A stretch of DNA of 64,000 bases from Acidimicrobiales bacterium. Lineage in GTDB: Bacteria > Actinomycetota > Acidimicrobiia > Acidimicrobiales > CADCTF01. Below, piece after piece: positions 8,998-18,841 of this stretch. A program made the translations under genes and the position numbers. The stretch is taken from NCBI GenBank assembly GCA_036261495.1, contig DATAKR010000156.1, positions 2,603-66,602 of the forward strand. Direction: 5' to 3'. A model generated the notes under the pieces. That model ran no database searches. It was not told the origin of the DNA and saw only the letters and a list, made by a program, of their open reading frames with translations. The stretch's first letter is position 1; each line of letters starts with the position of its first letter.

Positions 8998-9495
8998 TCA
9001 GCGGCGGTCGTCGGCGGCGGCCCGGATCTCCGCGTCGAGGTCGAGCGGCATGCGGTCGGGCGTCCGGTCGGCCCACTCGCCCCAACGCTCGCGCGGCAAC
9101 ATCCACAGCACCTCGACGTTGTTGCCGTCGGGATCCCACCCGTACACCGACTTGGTCGCGCCGTGGTCGAACTCGCGGTCGAGGATGCCGTCGGCGGCGA
9201 ACCGCTGCCGCACCTCGGCCAGGTGCTCGGGCGAGTCGACCTCGAGCGCGAAGTGGAACAACCCGAGGGCGCCGTCCGGTCGCGCTGGCGCGTCAGCCTC
9301 GGCCTGCAGCAGCGCGAGGTCGTGGTTGTTGTTGGAGCCCGGCGCCCGTAGGAACGCCATCGCTCGCCCGTACCGTGCGAATGCCTCGGTGAACCCGAAG
9401 TAGCCGCAGTAGAACGCCACCGACCGGTCGAGGTCGCGAACCTTCAGGACGACGTGGTTGACGCGCCGGACCGGCGCAGCGATCTCCATCGACAC
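8998..9495 (-). CDS. VOC-family (glyoxalase / extradiol dioxygenase fold) protein
   Basis: VNHVVLKVRDLDRSVAFYCGYFGF...HFALEV. GTG start. Confidence 0.85.
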   Translation of the reverse strand: MSMEIAAPVRRVNHVVLKVRDLDRSVAFYCGYFGFTEAFARYGRAMAFLRAPGSNNNHDLALLQAEADAPARPDGALGLFHFALEVDSPEHLAEVRQRFAADGILDREFDHGATKSVYGWDPDGNNVEVLWMLPRERWGEWADRTPDRMPLDLDAEIRAAADDRR

Positions 9496-9535
9496 GGCCC
9501 CTCCTGGTCTCGCCCGATCTACAGCCGTACCGTAA

Positions 9536-9556
9536 TCTTACAGTGAGACTGTAAGA
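9536..9556. promoter_or_regulatory. Perfect 9-3-9 inverted repeat, probable TetR operator
   Basis: TCTTACAGT-gag-ACTGTAAGA in the AT-richer divergent region between the VOC gene (-) and the TetR gene (+). Confidence 0.5.
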
Positions 9557-9612
9557 GAGCGCCGGGCGGCAGTGAATACCGTGGCAATGATGACCGGAGG
9601 AGTGCAGCGACG

Positions 9613-10332
9613 GTGACGCGCCCGGCGCGCGAGCGCAGGACGCGGCGCAGCGAGGAGACCCGAGCGCGCGTCATCGGGGCCGCCGGCCGCCTCTTCGTCG
9701 AGCGGGGATATGCCGCGACCACCATCGAGGCCATCGCCGACGCCGCCGACGTGTCGGTCGAGACGGTCTACGTGCGGTTCCGCAACAAGCGGAACCTGCT
9801 CGATGCCTATCTCGACGTGGCCATCGTCGGCGACACGGCCGCCGTCCCCCTGCTCGAGCGGCCGGAGGTCGTGGCCGTCAGCGAAGAGCCTGACCCCCGG
9901 CGTCGGGCCGAGCTGCTCGCCGGCGTCATGGCGGGGGTGCTCGAGCGGACCGCGCCGGTGCAGCGGGTCATCGCCGGCGCGGCCGCCGTCGATCCCGGCC
10001 TCGACGACCTGCTGGCGCAGGACGATCGCCGTCGCCGGGTCACCCACACCGCGTTCGTCGACCTCCTGCGCGGCGCCGCCGGTCTCCGGGACGGCATCAC
10101 CCGGAAGGACGCGGTCGACACGCTCTCCGCGCTCGCGAACCCGGACACCTACCGGTACCTGTCGACTCGTCGCCGGTTCTCGCGCTCCCGGTACGAACGG
10201 TGGCTCGCCGACGCCATCGTGCAGCTCCTGCTACCTGCAGCGCCGGCGGATCGTCAGCCGCGTGGCGAGACGCGCCGGCGGGCCATTCGCCCGAACGCCA
10301 CGCGGTGCACGGGAACGAGCAGCTTCCAGTAG
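9613..10332 (+). CDS. TetR-family transcriptional regulator
   Basis: HTH GYAATTIEAIADAADVSVETVYVRFRNKRNLL. The 3' end overlaps the convergent gene by 79 nt. Confidence 0.85.
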   Translation: MTRPARERRTRRSEETRARVIGAAGRLFVERGYAATTIEAIADAADVSVETVYVRFRNKRNLLDAYLDVAIVGDTAAVPLLERPEVVAVSEEPDPRRRAELLAGVMAGVLERTAPVQRVIAGAAAVDPGLDDLLAQDDRRRRVTHTAFVDLLRGAAGLRDGITRKDAVDTLSALANPDTYRYLSTRRRFSRSRYERWLADAIVQLLLPAAPADRQPRGETRRRAIRPNATRCTGTSSFQ

Positions 10333-11612
10333 AGGAACCCGGGAACGCCGGCGGGGCGGAAGGCGGCCACCTGGAGGAGCCGGTCCGGGCCGGCGCGGTA
10401 GCCCAGCCACGCGTCGCCCGGGAACCAGCCGTCACTGCGGAGCACGAGGACGCCGGGCTCCACGCGAGCAACCCTCCACCAGTCGACCGACGCGCCCGCC
10501 GCGACGACGGCGGCGCGCCGGCGGCGCAGGTGCTCGCCGACGAGGCGACCGAGGGCCACCCGAAGAACCCAGCCGGCGGCGGCGCCGTACCAGCCGAAGC
10601 TGCCCCCGATCCGGGCGAGGTCGCGGCCGACGGCGTCAGCGCGATCACCGGGGATCGCGAGCGCTTCCGTCACCGTGTACACGCCGTCGGCCAGACCGTC
10701 GTGGCGGTCGAACAGCGTGGCGGTCACCGCCAGATCCTGGTCGTCGAGCGCCGATCGCAGCGCGTCCCGGACCGACATCGGGGTCACCGTGAACGCCCGG
10801 CGACTCGGATCCGGGTCGGTCACCACCACCTCGGTGACGAGGCTCTCGATGAGCGCGTGGCTGACGGCCTGATCGACCGGTGTGACGAGATCCACCCAGT
10901 ACGACGACAGGCGGGGCGTGAGCCACGGGATGTCGACGATCCGGCGCCGGTGCAGCCCGCGCACCCGGGCGTACTCGAGGATCATCTCCTCATAGGTCGT
11001 CACGTCGGCGCCGCCGACCTCGTAGATGCCGGGCTCGACGTCGACCGACTGCTCGAGATAGGCGAGGAGGTCTGCGAGGGCGATCGGCTGGATGCGGGTG
11101 CGGACCCAGCGGGGGCACACCATGAATGGCAGCCGCTCCGTCAGGTACCGCAGCATCTCGAAGGAGATGCCGCCGGCGCCGAACACGACGGCAGCGCGCA
11201 GCTCGACCACCGGGAGACCCGAGCCGCGCAGCGCGGCGCCGACTTCGTGCCGGCTGGCGAGGTGGGCCGACGACGGTGCCTCGCCCAGGCCGCCGACGTA
11301 GACGAGGCGGCGAGCGCCGGCCGTCGCCGCGGCGCGCCCGAACGTCTCCGCCAGCCGCCGATCGAGCTCCCGGAACGACGGCCCCGTGGCCAACGAGTGC
11401 ACCAGGTAGTAGGCCATGTCGACGCCGGCGAGCGCGGCGGTGGCGGCCGCCTCGTCGCTCACGTCGACGGCGACCGCGGTCGCGCCCGGCGGCACGGCCA
11501 CCGTCGACCGGGAGAGGGCCACCACCTCGTGCCCCGCCGCGGCCAACCTCGCGGTCAGCGCTCGTCCGACGAACCCCGAGGCACCGGCGATGGCGATTCT
11601 CACGCCACCCAC
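10254..11612 (-). CDS. NAD(P)-binding (atypical SDR/NmrA-like) protein with a DUF2867-like C-terminal domain
   Basis: Rossmann motif RIAIAGASGFVGRAL. Alternative GTG at 11603. Confidence 0.8.
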   Translation of the reverse strand: MGGVRIAIAGASGFVGRALTARLAAAGHEVVALSRSTVAVPPGATAVAVDVSDEAAATAALAGVDMAYYLVHSLATGPSFRELDRRLAETFGRAAATAGARRLVYVGGLGEAPSSAHLASRHEVGAALRGSGLPVVELRAAVVFGAGGISFEMLRYLTERLPFMVCPRWVRTRIQPIALADLLAYLEQSVDVEPGIYEVGGADVTTYEEMILEYARVRGLHRRRIVDIPWLTPRLSSYWVDLVTPVDQAVSHALIESLVTEVVVTDPDPSRRAFTVTPMSVRDALRSALDDQDLAVTATLFDRHDGLADGVYTVTEALAIPGDRADAVGRDLARIGGSFGWYGAAAGWVLRVALGRLVGEHLRRRRAAVVAAGASVDWWRVARVEPGVLVLRSDGWFPGDAWLGYRAGPDRLLQVAAFRPAGVPGFLYWKLLVPVHRVAFGRMARRRVSPRG

Positions 11613-11616
11613 GCGA

Positions 11617-14313
11617 TCACGCCGGCGACCGCGCCGTCACGCGCTCGATCGTGCCCGCGCGTCGCCGGGGTCGTCGCCCCACGAGCACGTGGTGGGTGTA
11701 GCGCCGCGCCCGCCGCGCGACGTGGTGCTCGTGGCGCTGCTCCTCGGTGCGGGTCGGCCGGCGCGGGTGCGGTTCGTTGGCGTAGAAGCGGGTCTTCGCG
11801 ATCTCCACGAGGACGAGGTACGCAGCGATCATGCCGACGAGGATGAGGAAGAAGGCCGCGGGCAGAGCTGCCAGTCCGAGGAAGCGCGCCAGCGGAGTGA
11901 ACGGAAGGGCGGCGCCGATGAGAGCGCACCCGATCGGGGTGATGATCATCGCGGGGCTCGGCCGGCTCCGGATGAACGGGACCCGGCGGGTGCGGATCAG
12001 GTAGACGACGAGCGTCTGGGTGGCGAGCGACTCGACGAACCATCCGCTGCGGAACTCGTCATGCGACGCGTGCAGGATCCCGAGCATCACGAAGAACGTC
12101 GCGAAGTCGAAGATCGAGCTCACCGGTCCGAACAGGCTCATGAACCGGCGGACGAACGCGATGTCCCACGAGGCCGGCCGGGCGAGGACCTCGGGGTCGA
12201 TCCGGTCGGTGGGGATGGCGAGCTGACCGGCGTCGTAGAGCAGGTTGTTGAGCAGGATCTGCGAGGGCAGCATCGGGAGGAAGGTCAGGAACAGAGACGC
12301 CCCGGCCGCGCTGAACATGTTGCCGAAGTTCGACGACGTCGCCATGAGGACGTACTTGAGCGTGTTGGCGAAGATGCGCCGGCCCTCCATCACACCGTCG
12401 GCGAGCACGCCGAGGTCCTTGTCGAGCAGCACGATGTCGGCCGCGTCCTTGGCGATGTCGGCCGCCGAGTCGACCGAGATCCCGACGTCGGCGGCGTGGA
12501 GGGCGACCGCATCGTTCACCCCGTCGCCGAGGAACGCGACGTCGGCGCCGGCCCGTCGCGCGATCGAGATGATGCGCGACTTCTGATCGGGGCTCGTCCG
12601 GGCGAACACGGTCGTGGCGGGGATGGCGATGGCGAGGGCGTCGTCGTCGAGCCGGTCGAGGTCGGCTCCCGTCATGATCCCCGCGACCTCGAGGCCGATG
12701 TCGCGGCAGACCTTGGCCGCGACGGTGCCGTTGTCGCCGGTGATGATCTTCACCGCGACGCCCAGCCGGGCCAGCTTGGTGATCGACGTCCCGGCATCGG
12801 CCTTGGGCCGGTCGACGAAGGTGAGGAAGCCGACGAGGTGCAGGTCGCGCTCATCGGCGGGCGACGGCTCGGTGATGCCGGTGCCGTCGCGGGTGGCGAC
12901 GGCGACGACCCGGGCGCCATCGGCGAAGAGCTGGTCGAGCGTGGCGGCGGCGACCGGCTCGGGGGCGTCGCAGAGCGCGAGAACCCGCTCGGGAGCACCC
13001 TTGGTCACGAGCAGCGTGTTGCCCTCGGGGGTGCGGGCGAGCACGGAGGCGAGCTGGCGGTCGTGGTCGAACGGGACCAGACCGAGGCGCTCGTAGCTCC
13101 GCGGGGCTCCGGCATCCAGGCCGGCTCCGGCGGCGCCGGCCCAGAGCGCACCGTCGAGCGCGTTGCCGCCGAAGGGGCCGGACGGCGTCATCGTCGCCTC
13201 GTTGCACACCAGCCCGAGGATCAAGGGGGCGACGGCCGGTGCGCCGGCGGGGTCGAGGGCGCGGTCGAAGGTGATCGTTCCTTCGGTCAGGGTCCCGGTC
13301 TTGTCGGTGAAGAGGACTTCGATGTTGCCGAGGTCCTCGATGGTGACCAGCCGTTTGACGAGCACCCGGCGTCGGGCGAGCTGCCGTGATCCCGACGAGA
13401 GGCTCACGCTGACGATGGCGGGAAGCAGCTGGGGTGTGATCCCGATCGCGATGGCGAGCGAGAAGAGCAGCGCCTCGAGGAGCGGTCGCGAGAAGGCGAC
13501 GTTGATCACGAAGATCGAGACCGTGAGCACCGCGGCCACCCGCACCAGCAGCCGCGAGAAGCCGCGCAGCCCGACCTGGAAGGCCGTCTCCGCGGGGCGG
13601 GCCACGAGCCCGACGGCGATCTTGCCGAACGCGGTCGACGATCCCGTGGCGACGACGACCGCCCGCGCCGAGCCCTGCCCCACGACGGTGCCCATGAACG
13701 CGCACGACGGCAGGTCGACGGCCGAATCGCTGGAGGCCGGTGCGACTCGTTTCGCCGACGGGACCGACTCGCCGGTGAGCACCGCCTCGTCACACTCGAG
13801 CCCGTTCACCTCGATGAGCCGCACATCGGCGGGCACGAGGTCACCGACGCTCAACGAGACGATGTCGCCGGGCACGAGCTCGCTCACTGCGACGCGCTGC
13901 TCCGCGCCCCCGCGCCACACCAGCGCCTCGTGGCGGATGTTCGCGTGCAGCGCCGCCACCGCCGCCTCGGAGCGGTACTCGTTGACGAAACCGAGCCCCA
14001 CGCTCAGCAGAACGATCGCGGCGATGATCCCGCCGTCGGTGGTGTCGCCGGTGGCCTGGGCGACCGCGGCGGCGGAAAGCAGCAGGATCAGCAGCGGATT
14101 GCGCAGCTGGCGCACGAGAACCGAGGCCCACGTCACGCGGTGGGCCGCCAGGACGTTGGGGCCGAAGACCTGCAGGCGGCGGGCCACCTCGTCGGGCGCG
14201 ATGCCCGACTCGGCCGAGGCGAGCCGCCGCAACACGTCGGTCACCGGCAGGCCGCCGGCCGTGACGAGATCGAGTGGTGCCGCCGCCGACGCCGGCGCGC
14301 CGATCGTGCTCAC
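11617..14313 (-). CDS. mgtA: Mg2+-transporting P-type ATPase (MgtA-type)
   Basis: 898 aa with DKTGTLT, TGDN, GDGVNDAVAL and SSNFGNMFS motifs. GTG start. Confidence 0.9.
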   Translation of the reverse strand: MSTIGAPASAAAPLDLVTAGGLPVTDVLRRLASAESGIAPDEVARRLQVFGPNVLAAHRVTWASVLVRQLRNPLLILLLSAAAVAQATGDTTDGGIIAAIVLLSVGLGFVNEYRSEAAVAALHANIRHEALVWRGGAEQRVAVSELVPGDIVSLSVGDLVPADVRLIEVNGLECDEAVLTGESVPSAKRVAPASSDSAVDLPSCAFMGTVVGQGSARAVVVATGSSTAFGKIAVGLVARPAETAFQVGLRGFSRLLVRVAAVLTVSIFVINVAFSRPLLEALLFSLAIAIGITPQLLPAIVSVSLSSGSRQLARRRVLVKRLVTIEDLGNIEVLFTDKTGTLTEGTITFDRALDPAGAPAVAPLILGLVCNEATMTPSGPFGGNALDGALWAGAAGAGLDAGAPRSYERLGLVPFDHDRQLASVLARTPEGNTLLVTKGAPERVLALCDAPEPVAAATLDQLFADGARVVAVATRDGTGITEPSPADERDLHLVGFLTFVDRPKADAGTSITKLARLGVAVKIITGDNGTVAAKVCRDIGLEVAGIMTGADLDRLDDDALAIAIPATTVFARTSPDQKSRIISIARRAGADVAFLGDGVNDAVALHAADVGISVDSAADIAKDAADIVLLDKDLGVLADGVMEGRRIFANTLKYVLMATSSNFGNMFSAAGASLFLTFLPMLPSQILLNNLLYDAGQLAIPTDRIDPEVLARPASWDIAFVRRFMSLFGPVSSIFDFATFFVMLGILHASHDEFRSGWFVESLATQTLVVYLIRTRRVPFIRSRPSPAMIITPIGCALIGAALPFTPLARFLGLAALPAAFFLILVGMIAAYLVLVEIAKTRFYANEPHPRRPTRTEEQRHEHHVARRARRYTHHVLVGRRPRRRAGTIERVTARSPA

Positions 14314-14358
14314 CTCGCGTTGCGCGGCAGGCCCGCGTCGTTCATCCGTGGCCAGAGG

Positions 14359-14706
14359 CTACGGGCGGCGTCGCTGGTTGTTCGACGCGGTCACGCCGAG
14401 GAACCGGATCGCTTCGTCGAGGATCCTCGCACCGGCCTGCGCGTCGGCATCGTCGGCGTGAGCCATCAGGTACGTCCGGCCGATGATCGCCGCGCGCGAC
14501 AGCGCTCGAGGGTCGTGGCGCGCGGCGCGAAGGAGCGCGAGGGCGTCGGCCAAGCCGTCGTGGCGCACGCGGGCGTTGCCCATCCGGTACGCCACCCGCC
14601 AGACGATCTGGCCCGGTTCCAGCGGGGGCGGAGGTACTGGCGGTTGCGCCGGAGCTGCCGCGCGTTCGCTCGGACGGCCGACCGTCCGTGGGCCTCTAAC
14701 CGGCAT
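14359..14706 (-). CDS. Hypothetical protein directly upstream of mgtA
   Basis: GC3 is about 89-95% over 14362-14580, falling upstream, so the true start may be ATG 14583 or GTG 14595. C-terminus ...LADALALLRAARHDPRALSRAAIIGRTYLMAHADD.... No family recognised. Confidence 0.4.
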   Translation of the reverse strand: MPVRGPRTVGRPSERAAAPAQPPVPPPPLEPGQIVWRVAYRMGNARVRHDGLADALALLRAARHDPRALSRAAIIGRTYLMAHADDADAQAGARILDEAIRFLGVTASNNQRRRP

Positions 14707-14932
14707 GGCGGGCCGCCCCTGTGGCGAGGACCCCCACCGGCGTGCGGCCACGACGGTCGCCCAAGAGGGTGGATCGGCACGGTGGGCACAACCACCATCC
14801 GCCCCTCTCGCTGGAACGGTGGGCGGGGTCATCGTCGAACCAGTCGCGACAACGGCCGCACTGGCGTGCTTGCGGGGCGGGCATGGGACTTCTCTCGTGA
14901 TCGCGGAGCCCGCGAACGGACACCACCTGCAT
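14696..14932 (-). CDS. Possible small zinc-ribbon protein
   Basis: 78 aa with CGRC-(21 aa)-CPPC. Its frame has the best GC3 (about 78%) of all frames across 14761-14940, but the signal is weak. Confidence 0.35.
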   Translation of the reverse strand: MQVVSVRGLRDHERSPMPAPQARQCGRCRDWFDDDPAHRSSERGGWWLCPPCRSTLLGDRRGRTPVGVLATGAARHAG

Positions 14933-15119
14933 CGTCTCGCGTGGGGCGCCGAATAGATAGGACCAAATTGTCCCGCGGCCGGGCTTCGAAGGTGCACTGG
15001 TACAGTCGCATCACATCTCCCTTGGGAGAGTCGCCTCACTTGGGCAGGACGGCCGTCAGGTCCCCGCTGTCGCTCCGTGCAGGTTCGACGTCTCGGCCCG
15101 AGCGACTCGAAGGAGCCTT

Positions 15120-16286
15120 GTGCCTGTCGTTGGTACCCCGGCCTCGCCGGTCCGCGTCGCCGCGGCGCGCCTCACCGTCGGCATCCTGAGCACCTATCCC
15201 CCGACGGCGTGCGGGCTGGCCACGTTCAGCGCAGCACTCGCCGCCGGGCTCGTCGCCAAGGGCGCCGACGTGCGGGTCGTGGGTGTGGTCGACGCCGGAG
15301 AAGCTCACCCAGGCGACGTGGTCGCGGTGCTCGTCAACCGGTCACCGGCCTCCGTGGCCGCGGCCGCCGACGTGCTGAACGAGTGCGACATCGTCATCGT
15401 CCAGCACGAGTACGGCGTGTACGGGGGGGCCGACGGCGACGAGGTGGTCGACCTCCTCGGCGCCTTGCGCGTGCCCGCCATCGTCATCGCGCACACCGTG
15501 CTCGTCGAACCGACGCGCCACCAGCGACAGGTGCTCGTCGATGTCGCCAGCCTCGCCGACCGCGTCGTCGTCATGTCGGACGCGGCGCGCACCCGGCTGT
15601 GCGCCGGCTTCGCGGTCGACCCGGCGAAGGTGTCGACCATCCCGCACGGCGCCCGCGTCGCCGGCGCTCGCCCGCCCGCACGGCGGTGGGCGAGGACGAC
15701 GATGCTCACGGCCGGCCTGGTCGGGCCGGGGAAGGGCATCGAGCGGGTCATCGACGCCATGCCCCGGTTGCGCGATCTCGCGGCGCGCCCCCGCTACGTC
15801 GTCGCCGGGCGAACCCACCCCAAGGTGCTCGCCCACGAGGGTGAGAGCTACCGCAACGCCAGGATCGAGCAGGCGTGGCGCCGGGGGGTCGCGGCATCGG
15901 TCACGTTCGATGCGAGCTACCGCGACGTACCCTCGCACACGGCGTTGCTCCAGTCGGCGACGGCCGTCGTGCTGCCCTACGACTCTCGCGAGCAGGCGAC
16001 CTCCGGGGTGCTCGTCGACGCGATCGCCGCGGGGACGCCGGTCGTCGCCACCGCGTTCCCGCATGCGGTGGAGATGCTCGAGTCCGGTGCCGGCATCGTG
16101 GTCGACCACGACGATCCCGACGAGCTGGTGTACGCGCTGCGGCGGTTGCTCGGCGACGAGCGCTGCGCGGCGGGGATGGCCGCGGAGGCGGCGCGCATCG
16201 CGCCGACCCTCGGCTGGCCCGTGGTCGCCGGCGCCTACCTGGAGCTCGCCGCGAACGTGGTCGAAGCTCGGCGCGTGTTCGTGTGA
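15120..16286 (+). CDS. Glycosyltransferase family 4
   Basis: GAAGGAG lies 4 nt before the GTG. STYPPTACGLATF N-terminus and a C-terminal EX7E-type region GVLVDAIAAGTPVVATAFPHAVEMLE. Confidence 0.9.
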   Translation: MPVVGTPASPVRVAAARLTVGILSTYPPTACGLATFSAALAAGLVAKGADVRVVGVVDAGEAHPGDVVAVLVNRSPASVAAAADVLNECDIVIVQHEYGVYGGADGDEVVDLLGALRVPAIVIAHTVLVEPTRHQRQVLVDVASLADRVVVMSDAARTRLCAGFAVDPAKVSTIPHGARVAGARPPARRWARTTMLTAGLVGPGKGIERVIDAMPRLRDLAARPRYVVAGRTHPKVLAHEGESYRNARIEQAWRRGVAASVTFDASYRDVPSHTALLQSATAVVLPYDSREQATSGVLVDAIAAGTPVVATAFPHAVEMLESGAGIVVDHDDPDELVYALRRLLGDERCAAGMAAEAARIAPTLGWPVVAGAYLELAANVVEARRVFV

Positions 16287-17308
16287 CCGCCCCGCCCGAG
16301 CCGCGGTTCGACCACCTCCTGAGCATGACCGATGGCCGGGCCACGTTCGAGCACGCCCTGCTCACCGCGCCCCGGCGCGAGCACGGGTACTGCAGCGACG
16401 ACATGGCGAGGGTTCTCGTCGTGACCGCCCGTGAGCCGGACGCGTCCGCCGACGTATCGCGGCTCCGCCGGAAGAGCTTTCGCTTCCTCGCGGACGCGCA
16501 AGGTCACGACGGCGGCTTCAGGAACCGGATGCGCCCCGACGGGCGGTGGGCCGACCAGCCGGCCTTCGGCGACTGGTGGGGTCGCAGCCTGTGGGGGCTC
16601 GGCACGCTGATCGCACGCGTGCCCGACGGCGCCGGCGCCGCCCTGGCCGCGCGGCAGTTCGCGCACTCGGCGCGCCGGCGGTCGGCGTGGGTGCGCGCCA
16701 TGGCCTTTGCCGCGCTCGGCGCGGCGGAGGTCCTGGCCGTCGACCCGAGCGACCACGAGGCCCGGAGGCTCCTCGCCGACGCTGCCGACCGCGTGAGCGC
16801 GGCGCGTGACGGCTCGGCGTGGCAGTGGCCCGAGCCGCGGCTCTCGTACGCGAACGCCGTGCTGCCCGAGGTGCTCATCGCCGCGGGCACCCTCCTCGAC
16901 ACCCCGCGCCTGGTCCGTCAGGGTCTCGACCTGCTCGGATGGCTGCTCGACCACGAGACCGTCGGCGGCCACCTCTCGGTGACGCCCGCCGGTGGAGGCG
17001 GACCGGGCGCACCCCGCCCCGCGTTCGACCAGCAACCGATCGAAGTGGCCGCGCTCGCCGACGCGTGCGCCCGCGCAGCTGCCGTCGACGGCGATGCGTG
17101 CTGGTCGCGGGGCGTGGTCGCCGCCGTGGCCTGGTTCCTCGGCGACAACGACGGTGGCCGCGTCATGTGGGATCCGCACACCGGCGGCGGTTACGACGGC
17201 CTGCACGCCACCGGCCCCAACCGCAATCAGGGGGCCGAGTCGACGTTGGCGCTCCTCGCCACCCTGCAGCACGCCCGCCGTCCCGCCCCCGTCTCCGTGG
17301 CGACGTGA
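16283..17308 (+). CDS. Hypothetical protein, helical-repeat or (alpha/alpha)-barrel-like
   Basis: GTGA overlap with the GT4 stop. 341 aa with no signal peptide and no family recognised. Confidence 0.7.
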   Translation: MTAPPEPRFDHLLSMTDGRATFEHALLTAPRREHGYCSDDMARVLVVTAREPDASADVSRLRRKSFRFLADAQGHDGGFRNRMRPDGRWADQPAFGDWWGRSLWGLGTLIARVPDGAGAALAARQFAHSARRRSAWVRAMAFAALGAAEVLAVDPSDHEARRLLADAADRVSAARDGSAWQWPEPRLSYANAVLPEVLIAAGTLLDTPRLVRQGLDLLGWLLDHETVGGHLSVTPAGGGGPGAPRPAFDQQPIEVAALADACARAAAVDGDACWSRGVVAAVAWFLGDNDGGRVMWDPHTGGGYDGLHATGPNRNQGAESTLALLATLQHARRPAPVSVAT

Positions 17309-17318
17309 GCGTGACGTC

Positions 17319-18836
17319 GTGAGCAGTGAGGTCCGCGGTGACACCGTGAGCGTTGTGCCCGCCGGTATTCCCGTCAGCCGCGGCCCGCACCTCGCGCCCG
17401 ATCGCTCGCGCGTGATCGCCAGGCTGTTCGTGCCCGGGCAGGAGGGCTTCGGCGACGAGGATGCGCGCACGAGCACGGTCATGGCGCGCGTCCTCGCTCT
17501 GTCCGACGGCGAGAGCGAGACGGCCTACGCCGACGTCGTGGCTCGGACGGAAGGCCGCCACCGTGACATCGTCGGCACGTTCCGGCGGCACGCGGCCTAC
17601 CTGACCGATCGCCTCGATCCGGAGCGCTCGCTGTCCGACACGCGCCGGTTGTTGCTCGGTGCCACGTTCACCAACGAGTACGCCGTCGAGGGTGCGGCGC
17701 TGTGCAACCCGAGCATGGTCGCCCATCCCGACCAGGCGGGCGTGCGCGCCGGCGAGGGGCGTGTCGTGATGAGCGTGCGCTGCATCGGTGAGGGGCACCG
17801 CTCGTCCATCGGGTTCCGGACCGGCACCGTGGACGCCGGCGGTCGCACGACGTTCGAGCAGCCGGTGCCGTTCGCCACCACAGCAGCGAAGGTCGGCGTG
17901 CCCATCGACGCCGCATCGCTGGCCGGAGAGCTGAAGCGACTCGGAGCCGCCGGCGACACCGCCGCCCACGCGCTCGAGGCGCTCGGCCCCCGCTTCACTC
18001 GGTCCGAGCTCGACGAGCGGATCCGCCAGCTCCGCACCAACGCGACGACGCGGCGCCGGGCGGAGCCGACGATCGCGATCATCGAGTCGGTCGCCGACCG
18101 GTCGTACGGCTCCGAGTTCGCGGCCGACACCACCCTCTCGGAGCGGATCCTCTGGCCGGCGATGCGCGCCGAGCAGCACGGCATGGAGGACGCGCGCTTC
18201 GTGAGGTTCGTGCACGACGATGGGAAGGCGGTCTACTTCGCCACGTACACCGCCTACGACGGATCCCACATCGGCCAGCAGCTGCTGGAGACCGACGACT
18301 TCCGGACCTTCACGTCGACACCGCTCACCGGCGCGGCCGCCGCCAACAAGGGCCTGGCGCTCTTCCCGCGCCGGATCGGCGGCCGGTTCGCCGCCCTCTC
18401 GCGGTCCGATCGTGAGACGAACTCCGTCGCCTTCTCCGACGACCTCCGCGTCTGGCCGGCGTCGGTTCCCGTGCAGCGCCCGGAGCAGGCCTGGGAGGTG
18501 CTCCAGCTCGGCAACTGCGGATCGCCCATCGAGACCGATCAGGGGTGGCTCGTGCTCACCCACGGCGTCGGGCCTTTGCGCACCTACAGCATCGGTGCCC
18601 TCCTCCTCGATCTCGACGACCCGACCCACGTGATCGGCAAGCTCGCACGGCCCCTGCTCATGCCGAGCGAGCACGAGCGTGACGGGTACGTTCCCAACGT
18701 CGTGTACTCGTGCGGTTCGCTCGTCGTCGGACGGACCCTTGTCGTTCCGTACGGCATCGGCGACCTCTCGATCGGCGTCGCTACCGTCGCCATGCCCGAT
18801 CTCCTGGCCGCCCTCACGAGCTCCCAGGAACGCTGA
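17319..18836 (+). CDS. GH130-family glycosidase/phosphorylase with an N-terminal extension of about 180 aa
   Basis: C-terminal half EDARFVRF...YFATYTAYDG...NKGLALFPRRIGGRF...IGALLLDLDDP...VPNVVYSCG resembles beta-mannoside phosphorylases. Confidence 0.85.
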   Translation: MSSEVRGDTVSVVPAGIPVSRGPHLAPDRSRVIARLFVPGQEGFGDEDARTSTVMARVLALSDGESETAYADVVARTEGRHRDIVGTFRRHAAYLTDRLDPERSLSDTRRLLLGATFTNEYAVEGAALCNPSMVAHPDQAGVRAGEGRVVMSVRCIGEGHRSSIGFRTGTVDAGGRTTFEQPVPFATTAAKVGVPIDAASLAGELKRLGAAGDTAAHALEALGPRFTRSELDERIRQLRTNATTRRRAEPTIAIIESVADRSYGSEFAADTTLSERILWPAMRAEQHGMEDARFVRFVHDDGKAVYFATYTAYDGSHIGQQLLETDDFRTFTSTPLTGAAAANKGLALFPRRIGGRFAALSRSDRETNSVAFSDDLRVWPASVPVQRPEQAWEVLQLGNCGSPIETDQGWLVLTHGVGPLRTYSIGALLLDLDDPTHVIGKLARPLLMPSEHERDGYVPNVVYSCGSLVVGRTLVVPYGIGDLSIGVATVAMPDLLAALTSSQER

Positions 18837-18841
18837 GCGGC

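Noticed and set aside
10200-11846. 548-aa plus-strand ORF
   Set aside because: It is antisense to the NAD-binding/DUF2867 gene and the mgtA 3' end, with an Arg/Gly-rich translation.
14314-14700. M-box Mg2+ riboswitch in the mgtA leader
   Set aside because: I could not recognise the motif by eye, and the region shows protein-coding GC3 periodicity instead.
13930-15189. 419-aa plus-strand ORF spanning the mgtA 5' end and its upstream region
   Set aside because: The translation is an Arg-rich string. The minus-strand frames look more protein-like and show equal or better GC3.
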